The notes under the pieces are model-generated. The model had not been told where the DNA came from and did no database searches. It worked only from the letters and a program-made list of their open reading frames with translations. Below, one piece after another: positions 10,961 through 19,524 of a stretch of 64,000 nt of DNA. The translations under genes and the position numbers were made by a program. Origin of the DNA: Candidatus Binatia bacterium (GTDB lineage: Bacteria > Desulfobacterota > Binatia > UBA9968). How positions within the stretch are numbered: position 1 is the first letter of the stretch; each line of letters starts with the position of its first letter. Location of the stretch: the NCBI GenBank assembly GCA_036004365.1, contig DASYRN010000045.1, positions 7,637 to 71,636 of the forward strand. The letters are read 5' to 3'.

Positions 10961-11040
10961 GTCAGTTTCGAGTTTTGGATGCTTAATTCTTAGTTGTGTT
11001 AATCCTCAGCAACTCAAAACTTAAAACTCAAAACTAGAAA
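10961..11040. repeat. 7-nt-period degenerate arrays (xxGAGTT / CTCAAAA words) forming an imperfect inverted pair
   Basis: CT at 11013, 11020, 11027 and 11034 (CTCAAAA CTTAAAA CTCAAAA CTAGAAA). The left arm GTCAGTT TCGAGTT TTGGATG CTTAATT CTTAGTT is in opposite polarity. Confidence 0.8.
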
Positions 11041-11043
11041 TTC

Positions 11044-11778
11044 ATGGCGATTCTCGGCATCGACACTTCCACTGCCATCGCCAGCGTGGCCTTGGTGGAA
11101 ATGGGGAAGGTGGTCTGCGAGGAGATTCAGCAAGCTGGAAGTAAAACTAACGGCACGAGTCATGCCAACCATGCGGAGACTCTGTTGCCGTTAATTGATG
11201 GCATTCTCAAAAAGGCCTCTCTCCCCTTATCGGAGCTTTCCGCTATCGCACTCTCGATCGGTCCGGGATCTTTCACCGGTCTTCGGATCGGGTTGAGCAC
11301 CGTGAAAGGGCTCGCCTACGGCTCGAATATCTCGGTCGTTGGCATCTCCACATTGCTTGCGACGGCGGCGCGGGCAAAGGGCTGGGACGGCTTGGCGTGT
11401 CCTTTCCTCGATGCGCGAAAAAAAGAGGTCTATGCCGCGCTGTTCAGAAAGAAGGGTGAGAGCTTGGAGCGCCTGACCGAAGATCTCGTCGCTCCGCACC
11501 GAAAGATAGTCGAACTCGTTCTGTCCCGCGCCAACCAGGAGCGCTGCCTTTTCATCGGAGATGGGACTAAAACCTATGGTGACGTTCTTACCATGGCTCT
11601 CGGGGAAAAGTGTGTTTTGACCCTGGGCGAAGATTATCCCTCGACCGCTTCAGCAGTAGCCCGCTTGGCGGAAGAAAGATTGCGCGGCGAGCCATCCGAC
11701 CCGGTTGGTCCTTTGAGTCCGCTTTACCTTCGTCCTTCGGAGGCTGAGCTTAAACGGTTGAAGCAGGATGCGCAGTAG
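11044..11778 (+). CDS. tsaB: tRNA t6A biosynthesis protein TsaB (YeaZ)
   Basis: 244 aa. ILGIDTSTAIASVAL...GPGSFTGLRIG. Confidence 0.85.
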   Translation: MAILGIDTSTAIASVALVEMGKVVCEEIQQAGSKTNGTSHANHAETLLPLIDGILKKASLPLSELSAIALSIGPGSFTGLRIGLSTVKGLAYGSNISVVGISTLLATAARAKGWDGLACPFLDARKKEVYAALFRKKGESLERLTEDLVAPHRKIVELVLSRANQERCLFIGDGTKTYGDVLTMALGEKCVLTLGEDYPSTASAVARLAEERLRGEPSDPVGPLSPLYLRPSEAELKRLKQDAQ

Positions 11779-11907
11779 CTCGATCGCTCCACTCGGGATT
11801 TGGTCAATTGAAAAAAAATTGTTCTCAGGTCGGTCACGTTGACAAAAAAAAGGGCGTAGGATAAGTTAGCGATTTATGAAATAAAAAAACAAAATGAGGA
11901 GGCTCTC

Positions 11908-12153
11908 ATGGAGCAGCGAGAGGAAGAGCTGATCGTCTCTCTTTTGGACAAGGATGCGGAGCTGAAGAAATATTATGAAGAGCATCAGGAACTAGAGAAA
12001 AAGCTCTCGCTTTATCAGCATAAACCTCATCTGAGCGCGATGGAAGAAGTAGAGAAGAAAAGGCTTCAGAAACTCAAGCTTTTAGGAAAAGACAAAATCA
12101 TGGAAATTTTGGAGAGATACCGGCATGGACGAGCCCAAGGAGAAGCGAAATGA
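11908..12153 (+). CDS. DUF465/YdcH-like small coiled-coil protein
   Basis: 81 aa. HQELEKKL...LQKLKLLGKDKIMEIL. RBS AGGAGG. ATGA overlap with ilvB. Confidence 0.6.
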   Translation: MEQREEELIVSLLDKDAELKKYYEEHQELEKKLSLYQHKPHLSAMEEVEKKRLQKLKLLGKDKIMEILERYRHGRAQGEAK

Positions 12154-13928
12154 AAAAAACCGGCGCTGAGATATTTGTTGAGTCGCTCAAGCAGGAAGGT
12201 GTCAAAGTCGTCTTCGGCATCCCCGGAGGAGTCGTTTTAAAAATCTTTGATGTGTTGCACCAACAAAAGGACGTTGAAGTTATCCTGACCCGGCATGAAC
12301 AGGGTGCCGCCCATATGGCCGAGGGGTATGCGAAGGCGACAGGAAAGGCAGGAGTCGCGCTGGTGACTTCCGGCCCGGGAATGACCAACATCGTGACCGG
12401 TCTGACCGATGCTTTCATGGATTCAGTGCCTCTGGTTGCTTTTACCGGCCAGGTCTCGACTAGCTTGATCGGCAACGACGCCTTTCAGGAAGCGGACAAC
12501 GTGGGGATCAGCCGTCCCTGTACAAAGCACAACGTCTTGGTCAAAGACGTGAATGATCTGGCGCGCACCATCAAAGAAGCGTTTTACATCGCCACGACCG
12601 GGCGGCCCGGACCGGTGTTGGTCGATATTCCAAAAGATGTCAGCACCGAGAAGGCGGAATTCAAGTATCCGGACAAAGTGAGCCTGCGCGGTTACAATCC
12701 GACCTACGAGGGAAACAGATATCAGATTCGGCAGGCAGCCGAAGAGATCATGAACGCCAAGAAGCCGGTGATCTATGTCGGAGGCGGGGCGCTCTTTTCC
12801 GACGCAGCCGATGAGATCCTGGAATTGGCGGACATGACGCAAATTCCGGTCACGATGACGCTTATGGGCTTGGGAAGCTTTCCGGGAACTCACGCGCTTT
12901 CCATGGGAATGCTAGGCATGCACGGCGGTTACTGGACCAACATGGCGATGCATCAGGCCGATTTGCTCATCGCCGTTGGGGCGCGGTTTGATGACCGCGT
13001 CACCGGGAAGCTGTCCGATTTTTGCCCTGAGGCTAAGGTCATCCATATCGATATCGACCCGACTTCGATCAAGAAGAATGTCTTTACCCACATCCCCATC
13101 GTCGGGGATGTGAAGGCGGTGCTGCGGCAGCTCAATATCGTTCTGCGGTCGTTGGACGGCAATCAGGCTGAGCTCAAGGAAAGGCGGCGCCCCTGGCACA
13201 AGCAGATCGAGGAGTGGAAACGGGCCCACCCGCTGCGCTATCACCAGGACACCAAGATCACCAAGCCGCAGTACGTCATCGAGAAGCTCTACGAGATCAC
13301 CCGACACGATGCGATCGTCGCCACGGACGTCGGCCAACATCAGATGTGGGCCGCGCAGTATTTCAAGGGAACCAAGCCGCGGACCTTTCTCACCTCAGGC
13401 GGTCTGGGGACGATGGGATTCGGCTTCCCGGCCGCGCTCGGCGCGCAGAAGGCATACCCGGACAGGCTGGTGCTCTGCATCACGAGCGAGGGCAGCTTCC
13501 AGATGAATCTTCAGGAGCTGGCCACCGCGCAGGAACATAAGCTTCCGGTCAAGATCGTTTTGCTCAATAACGGATTTCACGGGATGGTGCGCCAATGGCA
13601 GGATCTCTTCTACGAAGGCCGTTATGCCGCCAGCTATCTTGGAAAACTCCCGGACTTCGTCAAGCTCGCCGACGCCTATGGCATCCGCGGCCTGCGCGCG
13701 GAGAAACCTTCCGAGGTCGAGTCGGTCATCCGGGAGGGGCTGAAGCACAAAGGCCCTGTGCTGATGGATTTTCAGGTTGACCCGTACGAAAACTGCTACC
13801 CGATGATCCCGGCGGGTGGCGCCCACCATGAGATGGTTCTCGAAGATCCACCCGAACTCAAGACCGCACGAAAGGGCGGAGTAGCAAAAAAGAAGGTTGA
13901 GGAGGGGGAAGGCGTTCTGCCCGCCTAG
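12150..13928 (+). CDS. ilvB: acetolactate synthase large (catalytic) subunit
   Basis: 592 aa. ThDP-enzyme text GIPGGVVLKIFD and GLGTMGFGFPAALGAQ. Confidence 0.95.
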   Translation: MKKTGAEIFVESLKQEGVKVVFGIPGGVVLKIFDVLHQQKDVEVILTRHEQGAAHMAEGYAKATGKAGVALVTSGPGMTNIVTGLTDAFMDSVPLVAFTGQVSTSLIGNDAFQEADNVGISRPCTKHNVLVKDVNDLARTIKEAFYIATTGRPGPVLVDIPKDVSTEKAEFKYPDKVSLRGYNPTYEGNRYQIRQAAEEIMNAKKPVIYVGGGALFSDAADEILELADMTQIPVTMTLMGLGSFPGTHALSMGMLGMHGGYWTNMAMHQADLLIAVGARFDDRVTGKLSDFCPEAKVIHIDIDPTSIKKNVFTHIPIVGDVKAVLRQLNIVLRSLDGNQAELKERRRPWHKQIEEWKRAHPLRYHQDTKITKPQYVIEKLYEITRHDAIVATDVGQHQMWAAQYFKGTKPRTFLTSGGLGTMGFGFPAALGAQKAYPDRLVLCITSEGSFQMNLQELATAQEHKLPVKIVLLNNGFHGMVRQWQDLFYEGRYAASYLGKLPDFVKLADAYGIRGLRAEKPSEVESVIREGLKHKGPVLMDFQVDPYENCYPMIPAGGAHHEMVLEDPPELKTARKGGVAKKKVEEGEGVLPA

Positions 13929-13935
13929 ACTACAA

Positions 13936-13998
13936 GTTTCGGGTTCCGAGTCCCGAGTTTCGAGTCAAACCCGAAACGCGGAGCCAGAAACTCGACAC
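13936..13998. repeat. 7-nt-period degenerate array (GTTTCGG GTTCCGA GTCCCGA GTTTCGA GTCAAAC CCGAAAC ...) containing self-complementary halves
   Basis: GT at 13936, 13943, 13950, 13957 and 13964. xAAAC units end at 13970, 13977, 13991 and 13998. GTTTCGGGTT and AACCCGAAAC are complementary. Confidence 0.8.
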
Positions 13999-14012
13999 TG
14001 ATCTTTGGTTGC

Positions 14013-14531
14013 ATGGAACATATCATTTCGATTCTCGTTGAGAATAAGTTCGGGGTATTGGCTCGCGTCGCGGGCCTGTTCAGCGCACGGGGCTACAACA
14101 TCGAAAGCCTCTCGGTTGCTCCGACGCTCGATCCGACGACTTCCATGATTACGATCGTGACGCAGGGGGAGGATCGGATCATCGAGCAGATCATCAAGCA
14201 GCTCAACAAGGTCATCGAGGTTCTCAAAGTGACCGACCTTACCGAGACGAGTTTTCTCGACCGCGAGACCGCTCTGATCAAGATCAACACCAAACCGGAG
14301 CACCGCGAGGAGGCGATCCGCATCGCGGAGATCTTTCGGGCGAAAATCGTCGACTCCTCGCCTATGACCTACACGATCGAGGTCACCGGCGACGTGGACA
14401 AGGTGGAGGCGCTCATCAATATGCTGCGCCCGCTCGGGATCAAAGAGCTCGTGCGCACAGGGCGCATCGCGATTGCTCGCGAAGGCGCGAAAGTATCCGT
14501 ACGCCGCGAAGCCCAGGCCGTGAAAGCCTGA
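14013..14531 (+). CDS. ilvN: acetolactate synthase small (regulatory) subunit
   Basis: 172 aa. ACT-domain start HIISILVENKFGVLARVAGLFSARGYNIESL. Confidence 0.9.
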   Translation: MEHIISILVENKFGVLARVAGLFSARGYNIESLSVAPTLDPTTSMITIVTQGEDRIIEQIIKQLNKVIEVLKVTDLTETSFLDRETALIKINTKPEHREEAIRIAEIFRAKIVDSSPMTYTIEVTGDVDKVEALINMLRPLGIKELVRTGRIAIAREGAKVSVRREAQAVKA

Positions 14532-14545
14532 AATTTTTTCACCCA

Positions 14546-14585
14546 CTTTCCGTTTTCATCTTTCCGTTTTTATCCTTTATCCGTT
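14546..14585. repeat. 7-nt-period array, pyrimidine-strand version of the GGATGAA family (CTTTCCG TTTTCAT CTTTCCG TTTTTAT CCTTTAT)
   Basis: Read directly. It shares a 12-nt core TTCATCTTTCCG with the reverse complement of 15729-15765. Confidence 0.75.
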
Positions 14586-14623
14586 CTTCTTGCCTTGCCG
14601 TAAAGAATCGGCATACTGGCGGT

Positions 14624-15727
14624 ATGTTGAAGACTAGGATAAGAATTTTTCTCGCGCTTCTTACCGGACTGGTTCTGAGCAGCGTGCCGGCATCATCCGC
14701 GACGACCCAACCGAATGTTGAAGTTGTCGCCGAGGGATTAGAAACTCCCTGGGCGATCGCCTTCGCGCCCGACAGGCGCATCTTCATCACCGAGCGGCCG
14801 GGACGCATCCGGGTGATCAAAGACGGTAAATTGCAGAAAGAGCCGTGGATGGAGATCGAGATCTACGAGGCTGGTGAGGCGGGGCTTATGGGGCTCGCTC
14901 TGGACCCGCAATTTGAGCGCAATCGGTTTGTCTATGTCGCCTATACCCATCGCGACAGCGCCGGTCGGATGAGAAATCACCTGGCGAGGCTGCGGGAGGA
15001 TCAAGGCAAGGGCGTCATGGATAAGGTCTTAGTCGACGGAGCGAGAGGAGCCAGAAATCACGACGGCGCGCGGGTCAAGTTCGGTCCCGATGGGAAACTT
15101 TACTTGACGATGGGCGATGCCCAGGACGCGGACACAGCACAAAACCTATCTTCCTTGAACGGCAAAATACTCAGGATGAACCCGGACGGGACAATTCCCT
15201 CGGATAATCCCTTCAAAAATTCTCCGGTCTATTCTTATGGCCATAGAAACCCGCAGGGACTCGCCTGGCAGCCTGGGACCGGAAGGCTTTACGCGACCGA
15301 GCACGGTCCGAGCGGCTTTCAGGGATGCTGTCGCGATGAGCTGAATTTTATCGAGCCGGGAAAGAATTACGGTTGGCCGGTCATACGCGGCGACCAAACC
15401 CGCGAGGGGATGGTGCCGCCGATTCTCCACAGCGGAACGAACGAGACATGGGCTCCCTGCGGGGCGACCTTTGTGACGCGCGGGCCGTGGGCTGGATCGC
15501 TTGTATTTACCGGCCTGCGCGGACAGACCCTTTACCGCGTGATCTTGGACAAAGACGATCCGCGCAAAGTCGCCGGATTCGAACGGGACTTTGCACGTGA
15601 GTTCGGACGGCTGCGTGACGTAGTCGAGGGACCGGACGGCGCGCTCTATGTTCTCACCAGCAACCGCGACGGCCGCGGCAGCCCGGCGTCGAACGACGAC
15701 CGCGTGTTGCGGCTCACTCTTAAGTAA
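14624..15727 (+). CDS. PQQ-dependent soluble sugar (aldose/sorbosone) dehydrogenase-like beta-propeller, secreted
   Basis: 367 aa with a signal-like N-terminus. PWAIAFAPDRRIFITERPGRIR, GLMGLALDP and YSYGHRNPQGLAW are typical of the YliI/GSDH family. Confidence 0.8.
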   Translation: MLKTRIRIFLALLTGLVLSSVPASSATTQPNVEVVAEGLETPWAIAFAPDRRIFITERPGRIRVIKDGKLQKEPWMEIEIYEAGEAGLMGLALDPQFERNRFVYVAYTHRDSAGRMRNHLARLREDQGKGVMDKVLVDGARGARNHDGARVKFGPDGKLYLTMGDAQDADTAQNLSSLNGKILRMNPDGTIPSDNPFKNSPVYSYGHRNPQGLAWQPGTGRLYATEHGPSGFQGCCRDELNFIEPGKNYGWPVIRGDQTREGMVPPILHSGTNETWAPCGATFVTRGPWAGSLVFTGLRGQTLYRVILDKDDPRKVAGFERDFAREFGRLRDVVEGPDGALYVLTSNRDGRGSPASNDDRVLRLTLK

Positions 15728-15728
15728 C

Positions 15729-15765
15729 AGGATGAAAGCGGAAATCGGAAAGATGAAATGAAAGG
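15729..15765. repeat. 7-nt-period array, purine-strand GGATGAA family (AGGATGA AAGCGGA AATCGGA AAGATGA AATGAAA)
   Basis: Read directly. It is the inverted partner of 14546-14585. Confidence 0.75.
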
Positions 15766-15990
15766 AATTGATTGCCTTGCGCCCTATCGACTCGCGCCTA
15801 TTCCATTTTTTGCTTTGCTAAAAAACTCAAAATCGTAGTAAAATTATCTTGTTTTCTCTACCTTTCCACACAATGCCGTGAAAGCCTTCGCAGAGGTTCA
15901 AGAAGAGACAGATAGGTGAAAGCCGCGTGCGACGTTGCGGCCCGAAATCCTACCTGTCATCAGGCGGGAATCGAAGAGGAGAAAATTTCC

Positions 15991-16611
15991 ATGGAAAGTC
16001 AGGATAAGTCTCCGGCAAAGGTCTATCCAGGTGGTTCAGCGGCTGAAAGTTTCGTTAATAGAGTTTTTGAGATCGTTAAGATAACCATCAAGGAAATTCC
16101 TCCGAGTGATCAGATCAAGCATTCTAACCCGGAGCTTCATGCCCGTGTATTGACAAAAGCAGCTGCTTTGAAGGCCGCCGCAGTATCAGGCACCTTGGCG
16201 CTCCCGCCCGGACCTTGGGGGCTTATGACCGTCTTGCCGGATCTGATCGAAATCTGGCGGCTGCAGGCTCGGCTCGTCTCCGATATAGCGGCCGTGTACG
16301 GAGAGAGAGCCAGCCTGACCCACGAAACATTGCTGTACTGCCTGTTTCGCCACGCCGTGGCTCAAGTCATCAGGGATTTGGTTACGCGCGTGGGCGAGAG
16401 AATCGTGGTCCAACGCGCCTCCTGGCGGCTGAGCCAGAGAATTCTACACAGGGTCGGTATGGAAATTACCCGGCGCGTCACCGGCAGGAGCGTCTCGCGT
16501 CTTCTTCCACTGATCGGAGCTTTAGGCGTCGCCGGGTACGCGTATTACGACACCGCGCAGGTCGGACAAACGGCCATCGAGTTTTTCAGCAGAGAAATTG
16601 AGCTTAAATAA
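15991..16611 (+). CDS. EcsC-like family protein (tentative)
   Basis: The ATG at 15991 is preceded by GAGGAG. Text PPGPWGLMTVLPDLIEIWRLQARLVSDIAAVYG resembles EcsC proteins as I recall them. Confidence 0.5.
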   Translation: MESQDKSPAKVYPGGSAAESFVNRVFEIVKITIKEIPPSDQIKHSNPELHARVLTKAAALKAAAVSGTLALPPGPWGLMTVLPDLIEIWRLQARLVSDIAAVYGERASLTHETLLYCLFRHAVAQVIRDLVTRVGERIVVQRASWRLSQRILHRVGMEITRRVTGRSVSRLLPLIGALGVAGYAYYDTAQVGQTAIEFFSREIELK

Positions 16612-16722
16612 CTAAGCACTTATCACAACTAACGAACACGATCACAAATCACGATCCGCCTTTTGCTCTTTCGATTCTATCCTTTATCCTTCATCCTTTA
16701 TTCTTTTTCTTGGAGGTAACCC

Positions 16723-17166
16723 GTGTATTACTTTGCCTACGGCTCGAACATGAACTGGGCGCAGATGAAGCAACGCTGCTCGTCGGCCAGGTTCGTGTCG
16801 GTGGCATGCCTGAAGGACCGCCGCTTTGCAATCACGCGACGATCGCGCCGGCGCCTGTGCGGGACGGCGGATGTCCTTCCTGAACCCGGCAGCGAGGTCT
16901 TGGGAGTCGTCTACGAGATCGATGATTGTGATCTCGGCCTACTCGATGGCTTCGAAGATGGCTACGGCAGAGAAAAGATGTTCGTGGATCCTATCGGCGA
17001 CGGCGGCCGTCGGCTGGAGGCGTGGGTTTATATCGCTGAGAAAGAAACGTATCCCCCGCTTCCCAACGCGCTCTACAAACGGCTCATCGTCGAGGGCGCG
17101 AGGCACTGGAAGCTGCCGGAAGCGTACATCGATATGCTGGAGAAAATCGAGATAGCAATCGAGTAA
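16723..17166 (+). CDS. gamma-glutamylcyclotransferase (AIG2/GGACT-like) family protein
   Basis: 147 aa. The N-terminal YYFAYGSNMN motif is typical of the family. GTG start with RBS GGAGG. Confidence 0.75.
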   Translation: MYYFAYGSNMNWAQMKQRCSSARFVSVACLKDRRFAITRRSRRRLCGTADVLPEPGSEVLGVVYEIDDCDLGLLDGFEDGYGREKMFVDPIGDGGRRLEAWVYIAEKETYPPLPNALYKRLIVEGARHWKLPEAYIDMLEKIEIAIE

Positions 17167-17257
17167 AGAGTAGCGAGTAACGAGGAAAGAGTTTAGAGTA
17201 GGAGTTCAGTCCTGTTTGTTACCTCATTACTCAATACTTGCTCCTTGCCCCTTTTGT

Positions 17258-17893
17258 TCACCTCGTTCCAGATGCGCGCACCGTGATCTGCGAGGCGGAA
17301 AGCGAACCGTCGGCTTGAGTCCCCTGGATCAACACCTCGGCGCCGGGCTTGAGCCATCCCGCGTCCCCGAGCACCCGCTTCACGACGGGGATATCCGGTG
17401 GCACAAGGACCTTGATCTCTCCATCCTTGTACTTGAGGGTCAGCATCCGTCCTTTCACGTCCTGAACCGCCACGTCTTCTACGGTCTCGACGTTGGCGTT
17501 CGTCATCGTCAATCCGCTTTGCGGCGCCGAACTCAGCGGTTTATGGCCTTCTCCGGTGCCACGTTGGTCCTCCGAGAATATATGCAATCGGGTGGCGCGG
17601 AACGTACCGTCAGCTGCTTTCGCCGCGGTGACCTCCACGTACATACCGGGTGTGATCTCAGAAAACTTGATTGGAACTTCACCGCGGATAATCGTCTTAT
17701 CCGCTGTCTTAACTTGGACGTCTCCGTTGGGGGCGGCGACGATCAATTCTTGGCCTTTAACAGACGTGATTTTCCCTGCGACGCTGACTGCGCCTTCCGC
17801 TGGACCGACTTGAGCTCGGAGGAGTGAAACCCCTAGGCTAAGGAAAATGGTCGGAAACAGCCAAAGAAAAATCGAAAGTGCAACTTTCATCAT
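17258..17893 (-). CDS. secreted hypothetical protein with repeated beta-rich modules
   Basis: Start at ATGATG 17893/17890 after AAGGAGG, with signal peptide MMKVALSIFLWLFPTIFLSLGVSLLRAQ. The opposite-strand ORF 17216-17827 looks non-coding. Confidence 0.55.
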   Translation of the reverse strand: MMKVALSIFLWLFPTIFLSLGVSLLRAQVGPAEGAVSVAGKITSVKGQELIVAAPNGDVQVKTADKTIIRGEVPIKFSEITPGMYVEVTAAKAADGTFRATRLHIFSEDQRGTGEGHKPLSSAPQSGLTMTNANVETVEDVAVQDVKGRMLTLKYKDGEIKVLVPPDIPVVKRVLGDAGWLKPGAEVLIQGTQADGSLSASQITVRASGTR

Positions 17894-18122
17894 GCCCTCC
17901 TTCAAGCAGCCTGCCTTATCCTTCATCCTTTATCTCTTATCTTTTTTTGCCACGAACACGTATCACGAACACGTTTTTTTCCGTTTTCCGCTTTCATCTT
18001 TCATAATTCCACATTCTCCTTGACCGTTCCTATATGTTAGTCGCCGATCCGGCGCAAGGCATGCTTCCTGCTCCCGGTCTGCCTTGACAGTCGCAGGGTT
18101 TTGGCTTAGACCGGCCCGAAGG

Positions 18123-19178
18123 ATGAAAACGCAAAATCGACCGATCAATCTTTTCGAATTTGAGACCGCCGCCAAGGAGCGCCTACCCAAGGAGGAGTAC
18201 GACTATATCGCCGGGGGTGCGACCGATGAGCTCAGTGTGGAGCGGAATCGCCGCGCCTTTGAGTCGTGGGCTTTGCGCCCGAGGGTGCTGAGGAACGTGA
18301 GCAAGCTTGACCTTTCGACCACGGTGCTGGGCACGAAGGTGAGCCTGCCGGTTCTTATCGCACCCTGCGGCGGGCATAAGAAGGCTCATCCCGAGGGAGA
18401 GTTCGCTACTTACCGGGCGGCGTCTGCAGTGGGGACCATCCTGGCGGTCAGCGCCAATGCAAGCACGAATTTCGAAGAATTAGCGACGGCGGCGGCCGGT
18501 CATCTCTGGATGCAGTTCTATCCTTTTCCGCACCGGGAAATGACCAAAACTTGGCTGCGCCGCGCGAAAGAAGCTGGCTATGAGGCGGTCTGTATGACTC
18601 TGGATTCCCAGTGGCCGCCCAAGCGGGAGCGCAATATCCGAAACAACTATAGAAGAAAGCGCGGAGTCAACTTTCCAACACTCGCTCCTGGGGAGGCCTC
18701 GCCCCAGGGCGGATGCGACCCTGCTGCGACTTGGAAGGATTTAGAGTGGATCAAATCGGAGACCGACCTTCCCGTCGTCGCCAAAGGCATCATGACGGGC
18801 GAGGACGTTGAAATGTGCGCGGAGGTTGGAGCCGACGCCGTCATCGTCTCCAACCACGGCGGCCGGCATCTCGATAACACGTTGGCGACGATCGAGGTTC
18901 TCTCCGAAGCCGTCGTCGCCGCTAAGGGGCGCATGGAGATTCTGCTGGATGGGGGTATTCGACGGGGAGCCGACGTCGTGAAGGCGCTGGCATTAGGGGC
19001 CAAGGCGGTTTTTATAGGCCGTCCGTTCTTCTGGGGTCTCGCCGTGGACGGCGAGCGAGGAGTTGTTCGAGTCTTGGAGATTCTCCGTGAGGAGATCGAG
19101 ATCACCATGGCCAAGTGCGGCAGGCCTACCATTGCGAGCATCGATTCCACTGTGGTGGTCAAGGCGCCGAGGTTGTGA
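18123..19178 (+). CDS. FMN-dependent alpha-hydroxy-acid oxidase/dehydrogenase (LldD/glycolate-oxidase family)
   Basis: LFEFETAAKERLPKEEYDYIAGGA and VSNHGGRHLD are hallmarks of the family. I prefer the ATG at 18123. Confidence 0.85.
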   Translation: MKTQNRPINLFEFETAAKERLPKEEYDYIAGGATDELSVERNRRAFESWALRPRVLRNVSKLDLSTTVLGTKVSLPVLIAPCGGHKKAHPEGEFATYRAASAVGTILAVSANASTNFEELATAAAGHLWMQFYPFPHREMTKTWLRRAKEAGYEAVCMTLDSQWPPKRERNIRNNYRRKRGVNFPTLAPGEASPQGGCDPAATWKDLEWIKSETDLPVVAKGIMTGEDVEMCAEVGADAVIVSNHGGRHLDNTLATIEVLSEAVVAAKGRMEILLDGGIRRGADVVKALALGAKAVFIGRPFFWGLAVDGERGVVRVLEILREEIEITMAKCGRPTIASIDSTVVVKAPRL

Positions 19179-19258
19179 AAAAAAGGGCGTTCAATTGGGT
19201 CACGTTTTTCATAGGAGGCCCCGTGACGTGCGCGGTAGAAAGCCGCAAGCGAAGAGGG

Positions 19259-19498
19259 ATGAAGAGCGTATCTTATAAAGGCCACGTCATTGAGCTTGTC
19301 TCGCAAAAGCTTCGGTCCGGAAGATGGATTGCTCGCGCGACAGTGATCATCAATGAAGCGAATACCGTCAAAATGATCCCTATCTTCGGTCGCCGTCGAG
19401 CCAGCTTTGATAACCGGCGGGAGGCCGACGCCTATGCTTTGGAGCTGGCGAGGCTGTGGGTGGAGGGGAGAATCTGGGGAGCGAACGGCCACGGATAG
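19259..19498 (+). CDS. small hypothetical protein
   Basis: 79 aa from the ATG at 19259, preceded by GAAGAGGG. No family recognised. Confidence 0.35.
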   Translation: MKSVSYKGHVIELVSQKLRSGRWIARATVIINEANTVKMIPIFGRRRASFDNRREADAYALELARLWVEGRIWGANGHG

Positions 19499-19524
19499 TG
19501 GAAGTGAGAAAAAGTAAAAGCTCC

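Noticed and set aside
17216-17827. 203-aa plus-strand ORF opposite the secreted protein gene
   Set aside because: The minus-strand frame has a strong RBS, a signal peptide and a coding-like repeat structure. The plus frame is Arg/His-rich with no RBS.
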